From Escherichia phage V18: 64,000 nucleotides of DNA. Positions within the stretch are counted from its first letter, which is position 1; each line of letters starts with the position of its first letter. Positions 18,637 to 27,757 of the stretch are shown here, piece by piece. The notes beneath the pieces are model-generated. The model was given only the letters and a program-made list of their open reading frames with translations. It had not been told where the DNA came from and did not search any database. The position numbers and the translations under genes were made by a program. The stretch is from the sequence record NC_041937.1. One strand, given 5' to 3'.

Positions 18637-18983
18637 CACAAGAACGTATCGATTTGGCTAATAAGTTTGTAGATCTCATTTTGCCACGGTTAGTTACTCA
18701 ACATGCAGATGCTATTTCTACTAATCTTGATGGCTTACGCCTAATGCTGAATCGCACAGATGACCCTCGTATTCGGGCTGATTTAGAAGCCTCTGCCAAC
18801 AAACTGGAAAAGTTCTTGCAAGTAGACACGCAAGAAGCCTTACACAAGATTATGGTGGAAGGTTTCTCTAAAGAATTTACCATTAAAGAGCTTAAGGAGC
18901 TGATCCACCAAGAAGAGATGAATATCCGAGTTCAGGCTGTTGCAAGCAGCATGGAAGCGGCTATTGAAAAACTGTTGCAGTAA
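18633..18983 (+). CDS. hypothetical protein
   Basis: 116 aa ORF, GTG start overlapping previous stop. Confidence 0.4.
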   Translation: MTQERIDLANKFVDLILPRLVTQHADAISTNLDGLRLMLNRTDDPRIRADLEASANKLEKFLQVDTQEALHKIMVEGFSKEFTIKELKELIHQEEMNIRVQAVASSMEAAIEKLLQ

Positions 18984-19021
18984 AAGTACTTGGCACATCT
19001 CAATCTGAAAGGAGTCCCAAC

Positions 19022-19387
19022 ATGGGTCGAGCTAAAGAAACAAAACGCATGCGTGATGAAGCTAGAGAGGCTCGCAAATCTGATCGCCTGCGTAAGGCTG
19101 CTGAGAAATTTGCTGACGAACGAGAGCACACTGCTCCAGCTCTCCGACCAATGAATAAGAAGCAGCAAAAGTATCTTGATTACCTAGGGTCGCGTAAAAT
19201 TATCATTGTAAACGGAGTGTTTGGGTCTGGTAAAACATTCATGGCATCTGCTATGCAGGTGACCTTCTGCGTAAGAATGAAATTGATAAGATCATTGTTG
19301 CACGTCCTTACGTTCAGACAGGAAAGACTTCAGGATTTAAACCTGGAAATGCAATGCAGAAACTGTGGCCCTATCTTCGAAGCATGA
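19022..19387 (+). CDS. phoH: PhoH-like ATPase, N-terminal segment (frame broken near 19255)
   Basis: Walker A GVFGSGKT; sequence after AMQ is out-of-frame. Confidence 0.7.
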   Translation: MGRAKETKRMRDEAREARKSDRLRKAAEKFADEREHTAPALRPMNKKQQKYLDYLGSRKIIIVNGVFGSGKTFMASAMQVTFCVRMKLIRSLLHVLTFRQERLQDLNLEMQCRNCGPIFEA

Positions 19388-19809
19388 TGGACACGATTTG
19401 TCGTCGTGTTGGCAAAGGTGCTTTTGCCGCAATGCTGGGAGACGGTCAGAACAGCCGTATCGAGATTTGTGAAGTTGAAAGCATTCGTGGTCGTAGTTTC
19501 GATGAGCGATGCTTTGTCCTGATTGACGAGGCACAGCAAACTAACCCTGAAGAAATGTTGTCAATTATCACAAGGATCTCTGATCAAGCCACCCTTGTAA
19601 TTATGGGTGATAATAGCCAACGTGACATCCCTGGTAAATCTGGCCTTGCATGGGTGACGGATTTCTTTACTCGTCATCCAGATCCTGAGGTTGGAATGAT
19701 CAGCTTTGATAGTCCAGACGATGTCGTTCGTTCTGGGTTGGGTCGTCAGATCGCACTCAATCTTATTGAGGATCGTGCAAATCATATTTGGACCCCTGTT
19801 TCCGAGTAA
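19354..19809 (+). CDS. phoH: PhoH-like ATPase, C-terminal segment
   Basis: VLIDEAQ (Walker B) and IMGDNSQRDIPG match PhoH; this frame extends upstream to ~19258. Confidence 0.7.
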   Translation: MQKLWPYLRSMMDTICRRVGKGAFAAMLGDGQNSRIEICEVESIRGRSFDERCFVLIDEAQQTNPEEMLSIITRISDQATLVIMGDNSQRDIPGKSGLAWVTDFFTRHPDPEVGMISFDSPDDVVRSGLGRQIALNLIEDRANHIWTPVSE

Positions 19810-19816
19810 TACAGAA

Positions 19817-19833
19817 GGGTGGTTATTCCACCC
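19817..19833 (+). terminator. hairpin, possible weak terminator
   Basis: gggtgg-ttatt-ccaccc followed by ttaaatatct. Confidence 0.4.
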
Positions 19834-19853
19834 TTAAATATCTAAAACAGTTG

Positions 19854-19882
19854 TTGACAAATAGGTAAGCTTTAGATATTAT
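19854..19882 (+). promoter_or_regulatory. sigma70-like promoter (TTGACA-17-TATTAT)
   Basis: -35 at 19854-19859, -10 at 19877-19882. Confidence 0.6.
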
Positions 19883-19910
19883 TATCGGACAAAACAGAGA
19901 GAAGGACAGT

Positions 19911-20222
19911 ATGGCTACAATACAAGAGAAACTGAATAAAATATACTGCCTGTTTGTCTATAACGGCGAGACAATTTTGGCAAATAAAGGATCCAAGAAT
20001 GTGTGGACCAAGGACAGCGGTGGTAATATAATTAACTTAGCGTTGCTACGTGAGCGCCGACACAGATTCTTTATCGAGTCTCGAATTATTGAAAGCAGCA
20101 CTTGCTACAGAACAGGCGATAAAGTAATTGTTGACAATGATACGTGGTATGTGGTAGACTGGCAATCATTGAGTTGTGATGCTTCTGACAATCGTAAGTA
20201 TTCCATAGTGATTGCTAAATAA
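19911..20222 (+). CDS. hypothetical protein
   Basis: 103 aa ORF downstream of promoter. Confidence 0.4.
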   Translation: MATIQEKLNKIYCLFVYNGETILANKGSKNVWTKDSGGNIINLALLRERRHRFFIESRIIESSTCYRTGDKVIVDNDTWYVVDWQSLSCDASDNRKYSIVIAK

Positions 20223-20282
20223 AGGTAAATGTGAATCAGGTTTAAATAAATAGCTTTCAACTTCCAATATTAAGGATTTCTC

Positions 20283-21329
20283 ATGAATTTAACACCTCGC
20301 AGCACCATGGTACACGGCATGAAAGAAAAACAGAACGGTTTCGAACCTATGAGTAATAAAATGTTTGGTATGCCGGGTGGTATCATGGAAACATACAGCT
20401 ACCCAACACCTGTTGTTGACCACGTTCTTTATATCGACGATTTGGAAGACCTGCAGGATCATATGTCTCGTCTGCAGACGATCCGTATGGCTCAGCCGGA
20501 AGAAAGCATTCGGGTGATCATCAATAGCCCTGGGGGTTGCGTGCACATTGCAATGGCTTATCTACAGGCATTCCGCGAGTCTCAGGCAAGCGTTGTTGCA
20601 CATGCTGAAGGGATGTGCTGCTCTGCGGGAACAATCTTATGGCTGGGTTGTAAAGAACGCACTGTGGCTCCGGACACAGAATTTATGTTCCACTACTATC
20701 AAGGTGGCACTTATGGTAATGGTGTGAACATGAATACTCAGGTCAGCTACTGGAAAAAACGTTTTGAACGCCTGATCGAAAAATACTACGGTGGGGTGCT
20801 GACAGAAGATGAGATCGCATCCATCACAGCTGGTGGTGAAGTGTGGTTGGACGGAGAGGAGCTGGCAGCTCGAACTGGAGCCATCATTCTGGATGAAGGC
20901 AACATACAACGCATCCAGAATGGACAAAAACCTAAAAAGCTTCTGGCAAAAGGTGATGAAGGCGTGTTAGGTGAAGCAGGTCTTCCGGAGATTCACCAGT
21001 GCACCTCTTTAGATGAGCTAGTTCATGCTGTTGAATCTGCGAAAGCGGTTGGTTCGAAAGGTGATGTTCACACTGTGTTCCTGAATCTGCAGATGGAAAG
21101 TGGTGAGACCATTAAGATTGCCTTAGGTGAGATTACCTCAGAAGATCTGCAGCGATTCTCTGTCGTTGAACTTCAAGACATTCTGTCCCAATTGAAGACA
21201 ACCCTGAACGGCGGTGAAGAGGTTAAGGTAAAAGATAAGACTCGCAAGCGTCTGGTGGACAATATTATTAAAACAGCAAAAGAACTCAATGAAAAAATCC
21301 TGGGTGCAGGAATTGTCGAAGAAGCTTAA
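20283..21329 (+). CDS. ClpP-like serine protease with C-terminal extension
   Basis: INSPGG, GMCCSAG (Ser) and FMFHYYQGG (His) match ClpP catalytic blocks; 348 aa. Confidence 0.75.
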   Translation: MNLTPRSTMVHGMKEKQNGFEPMSNKMFGMPGGIMETYSYPTPVVDHVLYIDDLEDLQDHMSRLQTIRMAQPEESIRVIINSPGGCVHIAMAYLQAFRESQASVVAHAEGMCCSAGTILWLGCKERTVAPDTEFMFHYYQGGTYGNGVNMNTQVSYWKKRFERLIEKYYGGVLTEDEIASITAGGEVWLDGEELAARTGAIILDEGNIQRIQNGQKPKKLLAKGDEGVLGEAGLPEIHQCTSLDELVHAVESAKAVGSKGDVHTVFLNLQMESGETIKIALGEITSEDLQRFSVVELQDILSQLKTTLNGGEEVKVKDKTRKRLVDNIIKTAKELNEKILGAGIVEEA

Positions 21330-21342
21330 ACATTAATTCTAA

Positions 21343-21365
21343 AGCCCTCTTCGGAGGGCTTTTAT
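21343..21365 (+). terminator. intrinsic terminator
   Basis: agccctc-ttcg-gagggct hairpin then tttat. Confidence 0.6.
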
Positions 21366-21380
21366 GATCTGGAGATTTGC

Positions 21381-21914
21381 ATGACTTGTGCTAGAAAACC
21401 TGATGAACAACGTAACGCCTACGATGAGTATGTGACACCGGAGTGGTGTGCAGAAGGGCTGTATGACCTTATTCCGTTCCCAGAAGACTGGACCTACTTA
21501 GAGCCTTGCAGGAATAGTGCCTCAGGTGTGTTCTACTCCCGTATGCCGTTAGGATCTGCATGGGGAGAAATCCAAGAAGGTGTTGACTATCTGAATACAG
21601 AATACAACCATGTTGACTGTATTATCACCAACCCACCATACAGTTTGGCTCGTGAGTTTGTAGACAAGGCGTTGAAAGATGCTGACGTAGTTATTATGCT
21701 TTTGCGTCTTAATTTTCTGGAAAGCAAAGCCAGATTTGAATGGTGGCTTGATAATGCACCTACCACTGTGATCACAATATCTAAGCGTCCATCTTTTCAA
21801 TCAAATGGCAGAACTGACGGGCAAGCATATGCATATTTTGTGTGGGATAAGAAAAACCGTTTAGGCTTGCCGCCATTTATGTGGTTGGCACCACCAGAGG
21901 TAGACCTGAAATGA
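21381..21914 (+). CDS. small N6-adenine DNA methyltransferase
   Basis: 177 aa; YVTPEW, LEPCRNSASG, IITNPPY motifs; paralog of 7316-7830. Confidence 0.6.
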   Translation: MTCARKPDEQRNAYDEYVTPEWCAEGLYDLIPFPEDWTYLEPCRNSASGVFYSRMPLGSAWGEIQEGVDYLNTEYNHVDCIITNPPYSLAREFVDKALKDADVVIMLLRLNFLESKARFEWWLDNAPTTVITISKRPSFQSNGRTDGQAYAYFVWDKKNRLGLPPFMWLAPPEVDLK

Positions 21915-22195
21915 AGATGAGTGCTAAGGACAAATTACACCAGTTAGCGCTAAAACGTCCTGTAACGCTCCCTGACGAGCTTAACTCCATTTATGATGCG
22001 ATTGTAGGGGAGATACAAAATAAAGCGTTAGCAGGCTTTCTGGGATGCGGATTTTCGATAAATCTACCCTCGCATCTCTCAGATTACTTCCCGCACATTG
22101 TTGGAGATTTGAGAGCAGGAGGTCTGCAGGTAGATGTTGTTGGCATCTCCCCAGAGAAAAATAACACGGTTGCCTACTTGACAGTAACCTGGTAG
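21881..22195 (+). CDS. hypothetical protein
   Basis: 104 aa ORF overlapping previous gene end; start uncertain. Confidence 0.3.
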   Translation: MVGTTRGRPEMKMSAKDKLHQLALKRPVTLPDELNSIYDAIVGEIQNKALAGFLGCGFSINLPSHLSDYFPHIVGDLRAGGLQVDVVGISPEKNNTVAYLTVTW

Positions 22196-22231
22196 TTGTG
22201 TATTGTTGTTCTCAACAAGGGGGAGTCATTT

Positions 22232-22471
22232 ATGTACAAGTCATTTTCAATTTACTCAAGACAGGGGAAACACTACACAGAGATCCTGATCACTCAGAAA
22301 AAATCTGTAGAAGGTGAGTGGGAATATCACCATAAAATGTTGCGTCCAGATTGGGTTTTTGATAGACTTATTGCCATGATCCCTCTTGGAGAAGTATATC
22401 CTCTGACAGGCGGGAGGGATGTTTGGGATTTAATTGCTTACATAGATTCATTTAAGGAGCCCAGTGTATGA
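22232..22471 (+). CDS. hypothetical protein
   Basis: RBS AAGGGGGAG before ATG 22232. Confidence 0.35.
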   Translation: MYKSFSIYSRQGKHYTEILITQKKSVEGEWEYHHKMLRPDWVFDRLIAMIPLGEVYPLTGGRDVWDLIAYIDSFKEPSV

Positions 22472-22869
22472 AGATTGAGATCACCAAAGAAGGCAAGAAA
22501 GTGTCTGGCGACTATGCAACAGTAATTCGGGATTTAATGTTTGAAGCCACCAAGATCGGTACATCTAAAGTTGGTCAAACTGTTAGTGTGCAAAGTAATA
22601 TCGCCACAGGAGAGAAGGTATTCATTGTGGTCAAAGGGCAGGATCCTGTGGAAGGAACAGTGGGCCGAGGAGGTTACCTGTGCATTTCTGAAGAGCCTCG
22701 TATGCTAGTGGCTGACTCCGCTACTATAGGTGGGAAACGTGTGTGCGAGGCGGATGAGGTAATGATTATCCAGCCTGTTGACCCAGATGATCCAGCAACT
22801 TGGGTGGTAGGAAATGAAATCTTCTCTTTAGAAGAGTTATCCTTCCCAGCCCCGCGCTCTGTTCAGTAA
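22468..22869 (+). CDS. hypothetical protein
   Basis: 133 aa, ATGA coupling, N-terminus MKIEITKEG. Confidence 0.4.
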   Translation: MKIEITKEGKKVSGDYATVIRDLMFEATKIGTSKVGQTVSVQSNIATGEKVFIVVKGQDPVEGTVGRGGYLCISEEPRMLVADSATIGGKRVCEADEVMIIQPVDPDDPATWVVGNEIFSLEELSFPAPRSVQ

Positions 22870-22908
22870 TAATTTATCTTACCAGGGACGGTAGAAGCAG
22901 GAGGTAGC

Positions 22909-23142
22909 ATGAAAGTTAAATTTCTTACAGATTTAGGGTACCCTTCCTTGGTTGACTGTGTTGGTAAAATTGTGGAAGCAAAACGGCTATCTGCAAACGA
23001 GAATGTTGTCCTGGTTAAAGGGAAGGATTTACTAGCTGCAGGTGCAGAGTCTGGCAGGATCTCTCCTGATTATATGTATTACCTATCTTTAAGTAATCTG
23101 CCAGAGCGAGGCGGTAAAGGCCTTGAAGTTGTGGAGGAGTGA
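22909..23142 (+). CDS. small acidic protein, MK[VI]K...VEE paralog family
   Basis: 77 aa; MKVKFL start, LLAAGAESG core, ends EVVEE. Confidence 0.45.
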   Translation: MKVKFLTDLGYPSLVDCVGKIVEAKRLSANENVVLVKGKDLLAAGAESGRISPDYMYYLSLSNLPERGGKGLEVVEE

Positions 23143-23344
23143 CAGGTATGCTTCTGATTAACTGGGAAGACCTCTATGGGCCTTTATGGGAAAAGAGCAT
23201 GTATTTAAAATGGTGCGTTAATTTAGGGAGGCCTTCCAGTGTTTCAAGCCATGTTTATTGAGATGCTATCTGGGGTATTGTTACTGGTAGCCATCTTAGG
23301 TGGTGCAGTTCTGATGTATAACTATCTTGAAAAAGGAGACAGCA

Positions 23345-23530
23345 ATGGTAAAAAATAAATCTTTAGAGCAGGCTGAAAACCTTCTCCACGAGCTGGTAAA
23401 GGAGTGGAAAGTTGAATACTCAGATTTTAATGCACGAGAGGGTGAAGATTATTGGCCTACGGAGCGCTCAGAGGGCGAATGGTATCAAGATTTTATAGAG
23501 TGGTTATATCAGACGTGCGATGAGGGGTGA
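23345..23530 (+). CDS. hypothetical protein
   Basis: RBS AAAGGAGA before ATG 23345. Confidence 0.35.
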   Translation: MVKNKSLEQAENLLHELVKEWKVEYSDFNAREGEDYWPTERSEGEWYQDFIEWLYQTCDEG

Positions 23531-23991
23531 CGATGTTTGTTAAATATGTAAAAACGTGCCTCAACAGTCTTGGCAGAGAGCATTGGTACACCTTGCTTGA
23601 AAAAGGGGAAATTTTAACAAAATCTGGAAAGATAACTTTTATACATAGTAAAGGTAAAGACCCGTCACGACTTGTTATAGATGATTACGTTACAGGTGTG
23701 ACGTTCGAGGTCTCTGTGGAGAGGTTAATACGCAGAGCTGGCGGCCCTTATGACCGAAGAGAGTATGTTTTCGATTCCGTTACAGAGATGGGGGAGCATC
23801 CGTCTTTAATGTTCAGGATGGTAATCAGAGATATGAGGTCATCTATAGATAGGATTGTAAAGGACATTAAGGAACCTTTTAGAGTAAAAGTTAAGAAGTT
23901 TTTCGATTCTAAGATTAACATACTCGCCGTTGCACTAGGTGTAGTTCAACTTCTGTTAATTTTGCACTATTTTGAACTACTATTTAAGTAG
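23527..23991 (+). CDS. hypothetical protein with C-terminal hydrophobic anchor
   Basis: 154 aa; C-terminal ILAVALGVVQLLLILHYF. Confidence 0.4.
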   Translation: MTMFVKYVKTCLNSLGREHWYTLLEKGEILTKSGKITFIHSKGKDPSRLVIDDYVTGVTFEVSVERLIRRAGGPYDRREYVFDSVTEMGEHPSLMFRMVIRDMRSSIDRIVKDIKEPFRVKVKKFFDSKINILAVALGVVQLLLILHYFELLFK

Positions 23992-24053
23992 TAGTTGAGA
24001 TATGGCACAAAGGATGTGCCATAGTGAAATAAACTAAGAAAGAGGTAGAGAGA

Positions 24054-24401
24054 ATGCCAAAGATTAAAACGTTATTACTGTGGGTAACTGTTTTAGCTTT
24101 TATAGGGTACTGGACTTGGGAAACTGAATTAAAAGATATAGGATATACCAGTCTTGAGAGCAAGGCGTGCATTGGCATAACCGATGCGTTCAGGCAAAAT
24201 GCTATGGATCACGAATGTGTTGATGCAGATATAGATGAGAAACTGTCTAAGGACAAAGATTTTTACCATGGGCATGCTTTACTTGATAGTGGTGACACTG
24301 TAGAGTTCTGGTCGTGGTTTCGTGAAGATGGAACAATAAAAACAGCAGTAAAGATCTCTAACAAAGAGTTAATGCTGTTGCAGCAAAAGGAGGCTCAATG
24401 A
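24054..24401 (+). CDS. hypothetical protein with N-terminal transmembrane segment
   Basis: 115 aa; LLLWVTVLAFIGYW. Confidence 0.4.
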   Translation: MPKIKTLLLWVTVLAFIGYWTWETELKDIGYTSLESKACIGITDAFRQNAMDHECVDADIDEKLSKDKDFYHGHALLDSGDTVEFWSWFREDGTIKTAVKISNKELMLLQQKEAQ

Positions 24402-24685
24402 TCTGGATATCCTATGCTGATGGCACCATGCTGTATACTGCAGGTACCAGATATGAAGTTCAGGAGAACGATAAAAAATTTATCGTAAAAACATTTGACA
24501 AGGACGACAACCTTTTGCTAGAATTGACTTACAAGGTTGGAGAGGTATCCAATATCCAATTGGATTGTGGTCATAAAGATAACCCACTCAAAAAACCTGG
24601 AATAGGCAAGGCTTCAGAAGAACGTTTGTCTCGTATTGCAGAAAGCGTTTCTACACAAAAATCTAAGAAGGGGACTAGAAAATGA
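24398..24685 (+). CDS. hypothetical protein
   Basis: 95 aa, ATGA coupling. Confidence 0.35.
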   Translation: MIWISYADGTMLYTAGTRYEVQENDKKFIVKTFDKDDNLLLELTYKVGEVSNIQLDCGHKDNPLKKPGIGKASEERLSRIAESVSTQKSKKGTRK

Positions 24686-24750
24686 AAAACTTACGTTTTA
24701 ACACTGGCGCAATGGAAGAAGCAATATTCTAAACCAGGCGGGAGGGTTTT

Positions 24751-24936
24751 ATGAAGCACTATTGCCTGTCTGGTAGAATGGGTACAGATTGTGATTGGGT
24801 TTTCTTAAAACTTGTCAGCATTCGAGAGTTCATCCCAGAGGAAGAGCAAGAAAGCGAGCTGATGTCATGGATCAACCATTACGGTAACACTTTTCGGCAT
24901 GTTAAGGTAGAAGAGTTGCCAAGCGAGGCTGATTGA
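24751..24936 (+). CDS. hypothetical protein
   Basis: 61 aa ORF. Confidence 0.3.
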   Translation: MKHYCLSGRMGTDCDWVFLKLVSIREFIPEEEQESELMSWINHYGNTFRHVKVEELPSEAD

Positions 24937-25031
24937 CTATGATTGCATCAATATTAACGTTTATGGGTGGCGTGGCATTCGGATTCATTGTTTGCCTGTT
25001 TATAGTGATTATGTCTATGCGAGGCTGAATT

Positions 25032-25403
25032 ATGAAACTTTTTGAGTGGTTTAAAAAGTTTAAATATAAAGCTGTAGCCATCGTGCCGTGGTCAATTCAG
25101 TGGGTTGATGAAGGTGGTCTACCAATACCTGGTGACAAAGATACTGGGTACTGGATTATGATGGAGAACGGGTTTGGAAAGCGAAAGTATACGTGCACAA
25201 ACTCTACTCGATCTGCCACTAACTGGTCTAAATTCTACTGGGGAGCCAACGAGTGGGGAAGATACGCCACCAAATCAATGGCACTTATTGGTATAGCAGA
25301 GTACATTGCAGCCAGAGATAGGGTTGGAGACACTTATTACTATACTGCGGACGATATTCGTAACAGTGTTTACGTCCCACAACCACCTGATGGAGACCGT
25401 TGA
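25032..25403 (+). CDS. hypothetical protein
   Basis: 123 aa ORF. Confidence 0.4.
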   Translation: MKLFEWFKKFKYKAVAIVPWSIQWVDEGGLPIPGDKDTGYWIMMENGFGKRKYTCTNSTRSATNWSKFYWGANEWGRYATKSMALIGIAEYIAARDRVGDTYYYTADDIRNSVYVPQPPDGDR

Positions 25404-25627
25404 TGAAAGTTAAAGTTTTAGATTCAAGCTTCTATATTGGTCAGGAGCCCTTAGTGGGGAAAGTGTTTACTGCTGTCCCTAACGAAGATTACCCCGACCT
25501 TTTAAAAATAAAAGGGGCAGATCTTATTGCCGCTGGTGCATCTCATGAATGCTTTGACAGTCAGTGGACCTACAACTTTGCCCTAGGTGAGGATGTAGAG
25601 ATAGTGGAGGACGATCATGAAGGTTAA
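25400..25627 (+). CDS. small acidic protein, MK[VI]K...VEE paralog family
   Basis: MMKVKVLDSSFYIGQ...GADLIAAGAS...EIVEDDHEG. Confidence 0.45.
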   Translation: MMKVKVLDSSFYIGQEPLVGKVFTAVPNEDYPDLLKIKGADLIAAGASHECFDSQWTYNFALGEDVEIVEDDHEG

Positions 25628-25871
25628 AATTCTTGATTCTAACGTCTACTTGGGACAATCCTTCCTGAAGGGAAAGGTAGTTCCTGCGGTATACTTTGAA
25701 GGGTTGCCGTGGGATGATCCTGTGCGGCAACATCACAGTTATGTAGGCCACAACGTAGTGTTTATCTTAGGATCAGACCTGATCGCTGCTGGTGCACCGG
25801 AATATTATTTCGGGGAAGAATCCTATTATGCCTTTGGGGCAGGGTCAGATGCAGATATTGTAGAGCTGTGA
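25617..25871 (+). CDS. small acidic protein, MK[VI]K...VEE paralog family
   Basis: MKVKILDSNVYLGQ...GSDLIAAGAP...DIVEL; tandem to previous. Confidence 0.45.
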   Translation: MKVKILDSNVYLGQSFLKGKVVPAVYFEGLPWDDPVRQHHSYVGHNVVFILGSDLIAAGAPEYYFGEESYYAFGAGSDADIVEL

Positions 25872-25883
25872 TGGGTAACCGTT

Positions 25884-26279
25884 GTGAAAAATAAACTGTT
25901 CAAAGTTACAATGAAAATTCGCGGAGCTTGGAGCGTAAAGCAAGGGCGTATCCCAGAATTTGAGAAAGACTTCTACGTAGTCTCCACCTCGGAGGAGGCT
26001 GCATGCTGGCAGGCTGGCTATGCCTATGCAAGAACCTGGTACGAAGGATACCAGACTGGGGGCTATGACGGAGAAATTATCAGCAAGGGTGTGGAAGAAA
26101 TTAATGTGTTGACAAGTAAAAATTTTGTTATAGTGCATCCAGATTCCAGAGTGAAGCATTACTGGAATGCCAGAACAAAAACTTGGACACCGTTTGCAGA
26201 TTCTGCTACACCACTTTTAAACCAAAAAGCTCTTGACTCTGCCCCGAGCTACGGGGTTGTTGAAGAAAAGCTAGACTGA
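25884..26279 (+). CDS. hypothetical protein (paralog of 28089-28484)
   Basis: 131 aa; shared block HP-S-xxYW-xxxx-WTP. Confidence 0.45.
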   Translation: MKNKLFKVTMKIRGAWSVKQGRIPEFEKDFYVVSTSEEAACWQAGYAYARTWYEGYQTGGYDGEIISKGVEEINVLTSKNFVIVHPDSRVKHYWNARTKTWTPFADSATPLLNQKALDSAPSYGVVEEKLD

Positions 26280-26296
26280 AACAGTGAGGTGCCACT

Positions 26297-26587
26297 ATGA
26301 TGGATTTAGTTCTGAATATTGATAACGCAGGGGAGTTTAAAGACGATGGTGTAACAAGCATTGACCAACCATGCTCTGCCAAGATTGACTCAAAATGGGC
26401 CTACAAGTTTGACGGAGAGATCTTCGCAAATGATGAGAAGGTTGTAGATGCTGCAGCCATTTTGAACGCTCTAGGGTACGACCCTGTGAATTCTTTGATC
26501 AAGGATCCTGTTGAGTTTGCAGAGTATGTTCGAAAAATGGCAGATCTTGCTGTAGATATTTTAGATACTATCGATAATAAGCTGTAA
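26297..26587 (+). CDS. hypothetical acidic protein
   Basis: 96 aa ORF. Confidence 0.4.
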   Translation: MMDLVLNIDNAGEFKDDGVTSIDQPCSAKIDSKWAYKFDGEIFANDEKVVDAAAILNALGYDPVNSLIKDPVEFAEYVRKMADLAVDILDTIDNKL

Positions 26588-26593
26588 AAACTG

Positions 26594-26622
26594 TTGACAC
26601 AACGCTTCAGATTTAGTATCAT
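26594..26622 (+). promoter_or_regulatory. sigma70-like promoter (TTGACA-17-TATCAT)
   Basis: -35 at 26594-26599, -10 at 26617-26622, immediately upstream of the HPF-like gene. Confidence 0.6.
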
Positions 26623-26671
26623 TGTTTTCAAAGAGAGATAGTTATTCCCTCTTCCTTAAAAGGAACACGTT

Positions 26672-26992
26672 ATGCAAATTGAAATCACTGGCAACAATGT
26701 AGAAATCACAGAAGGTATGGTATCTTTTATTTCCCGCAAAATGTCCAAGCTGGAGCGTTTACATCCCTCTGTCAACTATGCACGTGTGAGTGTAAAAGTT
26801 GAAAATGATCACCAGGAAGTTATGGCGTTCATTTTTGACAATTCTGGAAAAGAAGTTATTGCCAAAGCTAAAGGCAGTGATGCTTACGAGGCAACTGACC
26901 GTATGGTAGATGTTGCAGCACGTCAGCTGGCTAAATGCGGTGGAAAGAAAGGTAAGGGGAAAGGCAAAGTAAAGATTGACTTTGGAGAATGA
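26672..26992 (+). CDS. hpf: ribosome hibernation promoting factor / RaiA-like protein
   Basis: 106 aa; MQIEITGNNVEITEG...KLERL nearly identical to the bacterial HPF N-terminus MQLNITGNNVEITEA...KLE; similarity continues through VKVEN...ARQLAK. Confidence 0.8.
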   Translation: MQIEITGNNVEITEGMVSFISRKMSKLERLHPSVNYARVSVKVENDHQEVMAFIFDNSGKEVIAKAKGSDAYEATDRMVDVAARQLAKCGGKKGKGKGKVKIDFGE

Positions 26993-27129
26993 GGTGCTAC
27001 AATGGGTGTGATTAAGAAATTAGTCACAAATGTAGAGATTGCATGCTTTGAAATTATGTTTGCAATCGCAGTTGTAGTTAATGTGTTAGGTTACGGCTAT
27101 TAATATCAAATAATTGAGGAGACCTCTAA

Positions 27130-27399
27130 ATGAAAATTAAATTATTCAAAACTGAGCTGGCAGACAAAAACTGTGGACTGGTTGAAGGCATGATTGTTGA
27201 AGCACAACCAGTGGACTATATGAAGGTGGTTCGTGATGCCCTAGGTGAAGGTTTTGATCTGATGGAGCCAGCTCTGCGAGAAGATGTTATCGAGATGGCT
27301 AAAAAGCACACACCTGAAGGTTTGGTGGTGTTTGTTGCACCGGGTAACGGAGAAGAGTTGATTGTAACTCCGGATGTGTATGAGATTGTAGAGGAATAA
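27130..27399 (+). CDS. small acidic protein, MK[VI]K...VEE paralog family
   Basis: MKIKLFKTE start, ends YEIVEE. Confidence 0.45.
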   Translation: MKIKLFKTELADKNCGLVEGMIVEAQPVDYMKVVRDALGEGFDLMEPALREDVIEMAKKHTPEGLVVFVAPGNGEELIVTPDVYEIVEE

Positions 27400-27490
27400 T
27401 CCTGCTTGGATTAGCATACTTCCTCGATAAGGAAGATTTGTAATTATTTGTGGGAAAGGAATCCCAATCTCTTACCAGAGGTGATACTAT

Positions 27491-27670
27491 ATGATTGTTT
27501 ATTTTAAAACTTCAGGTGGATACCCTGATTCTCAAAGCTTGATCGGAAAAACGTGCACAGCATACTCACCTCTTGATGAGGAGGTAAGCGATATTCTACG
27601 AAATATGTATCGGATTGACCCCCAAGAAGCTTTGATCAAAACCTTGTATTTGTCAAGGGCTCAGATATGA
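27491..27670 (+). CDS. hypothetical small protein (59 aa)
   Basis: RBS GAGGTGA before ATG 27491; below the ORF-track size cutoff. Confidence 0.3.
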   Translation: MIVYFKTSGGYPDSQSLIGKTCTAYSPLDEEVSDILRNMYRIDPQEALIKTLYLSRAQI

Positions 27671-27757
27671 AGTCTTTGGGAGCATTCCCTGAAGCAGATG
27701 ATGATGCCGTTTATTCGTTCATGACTCCTTTTGAAGCTATGGTTGTTGGGTGATAAT

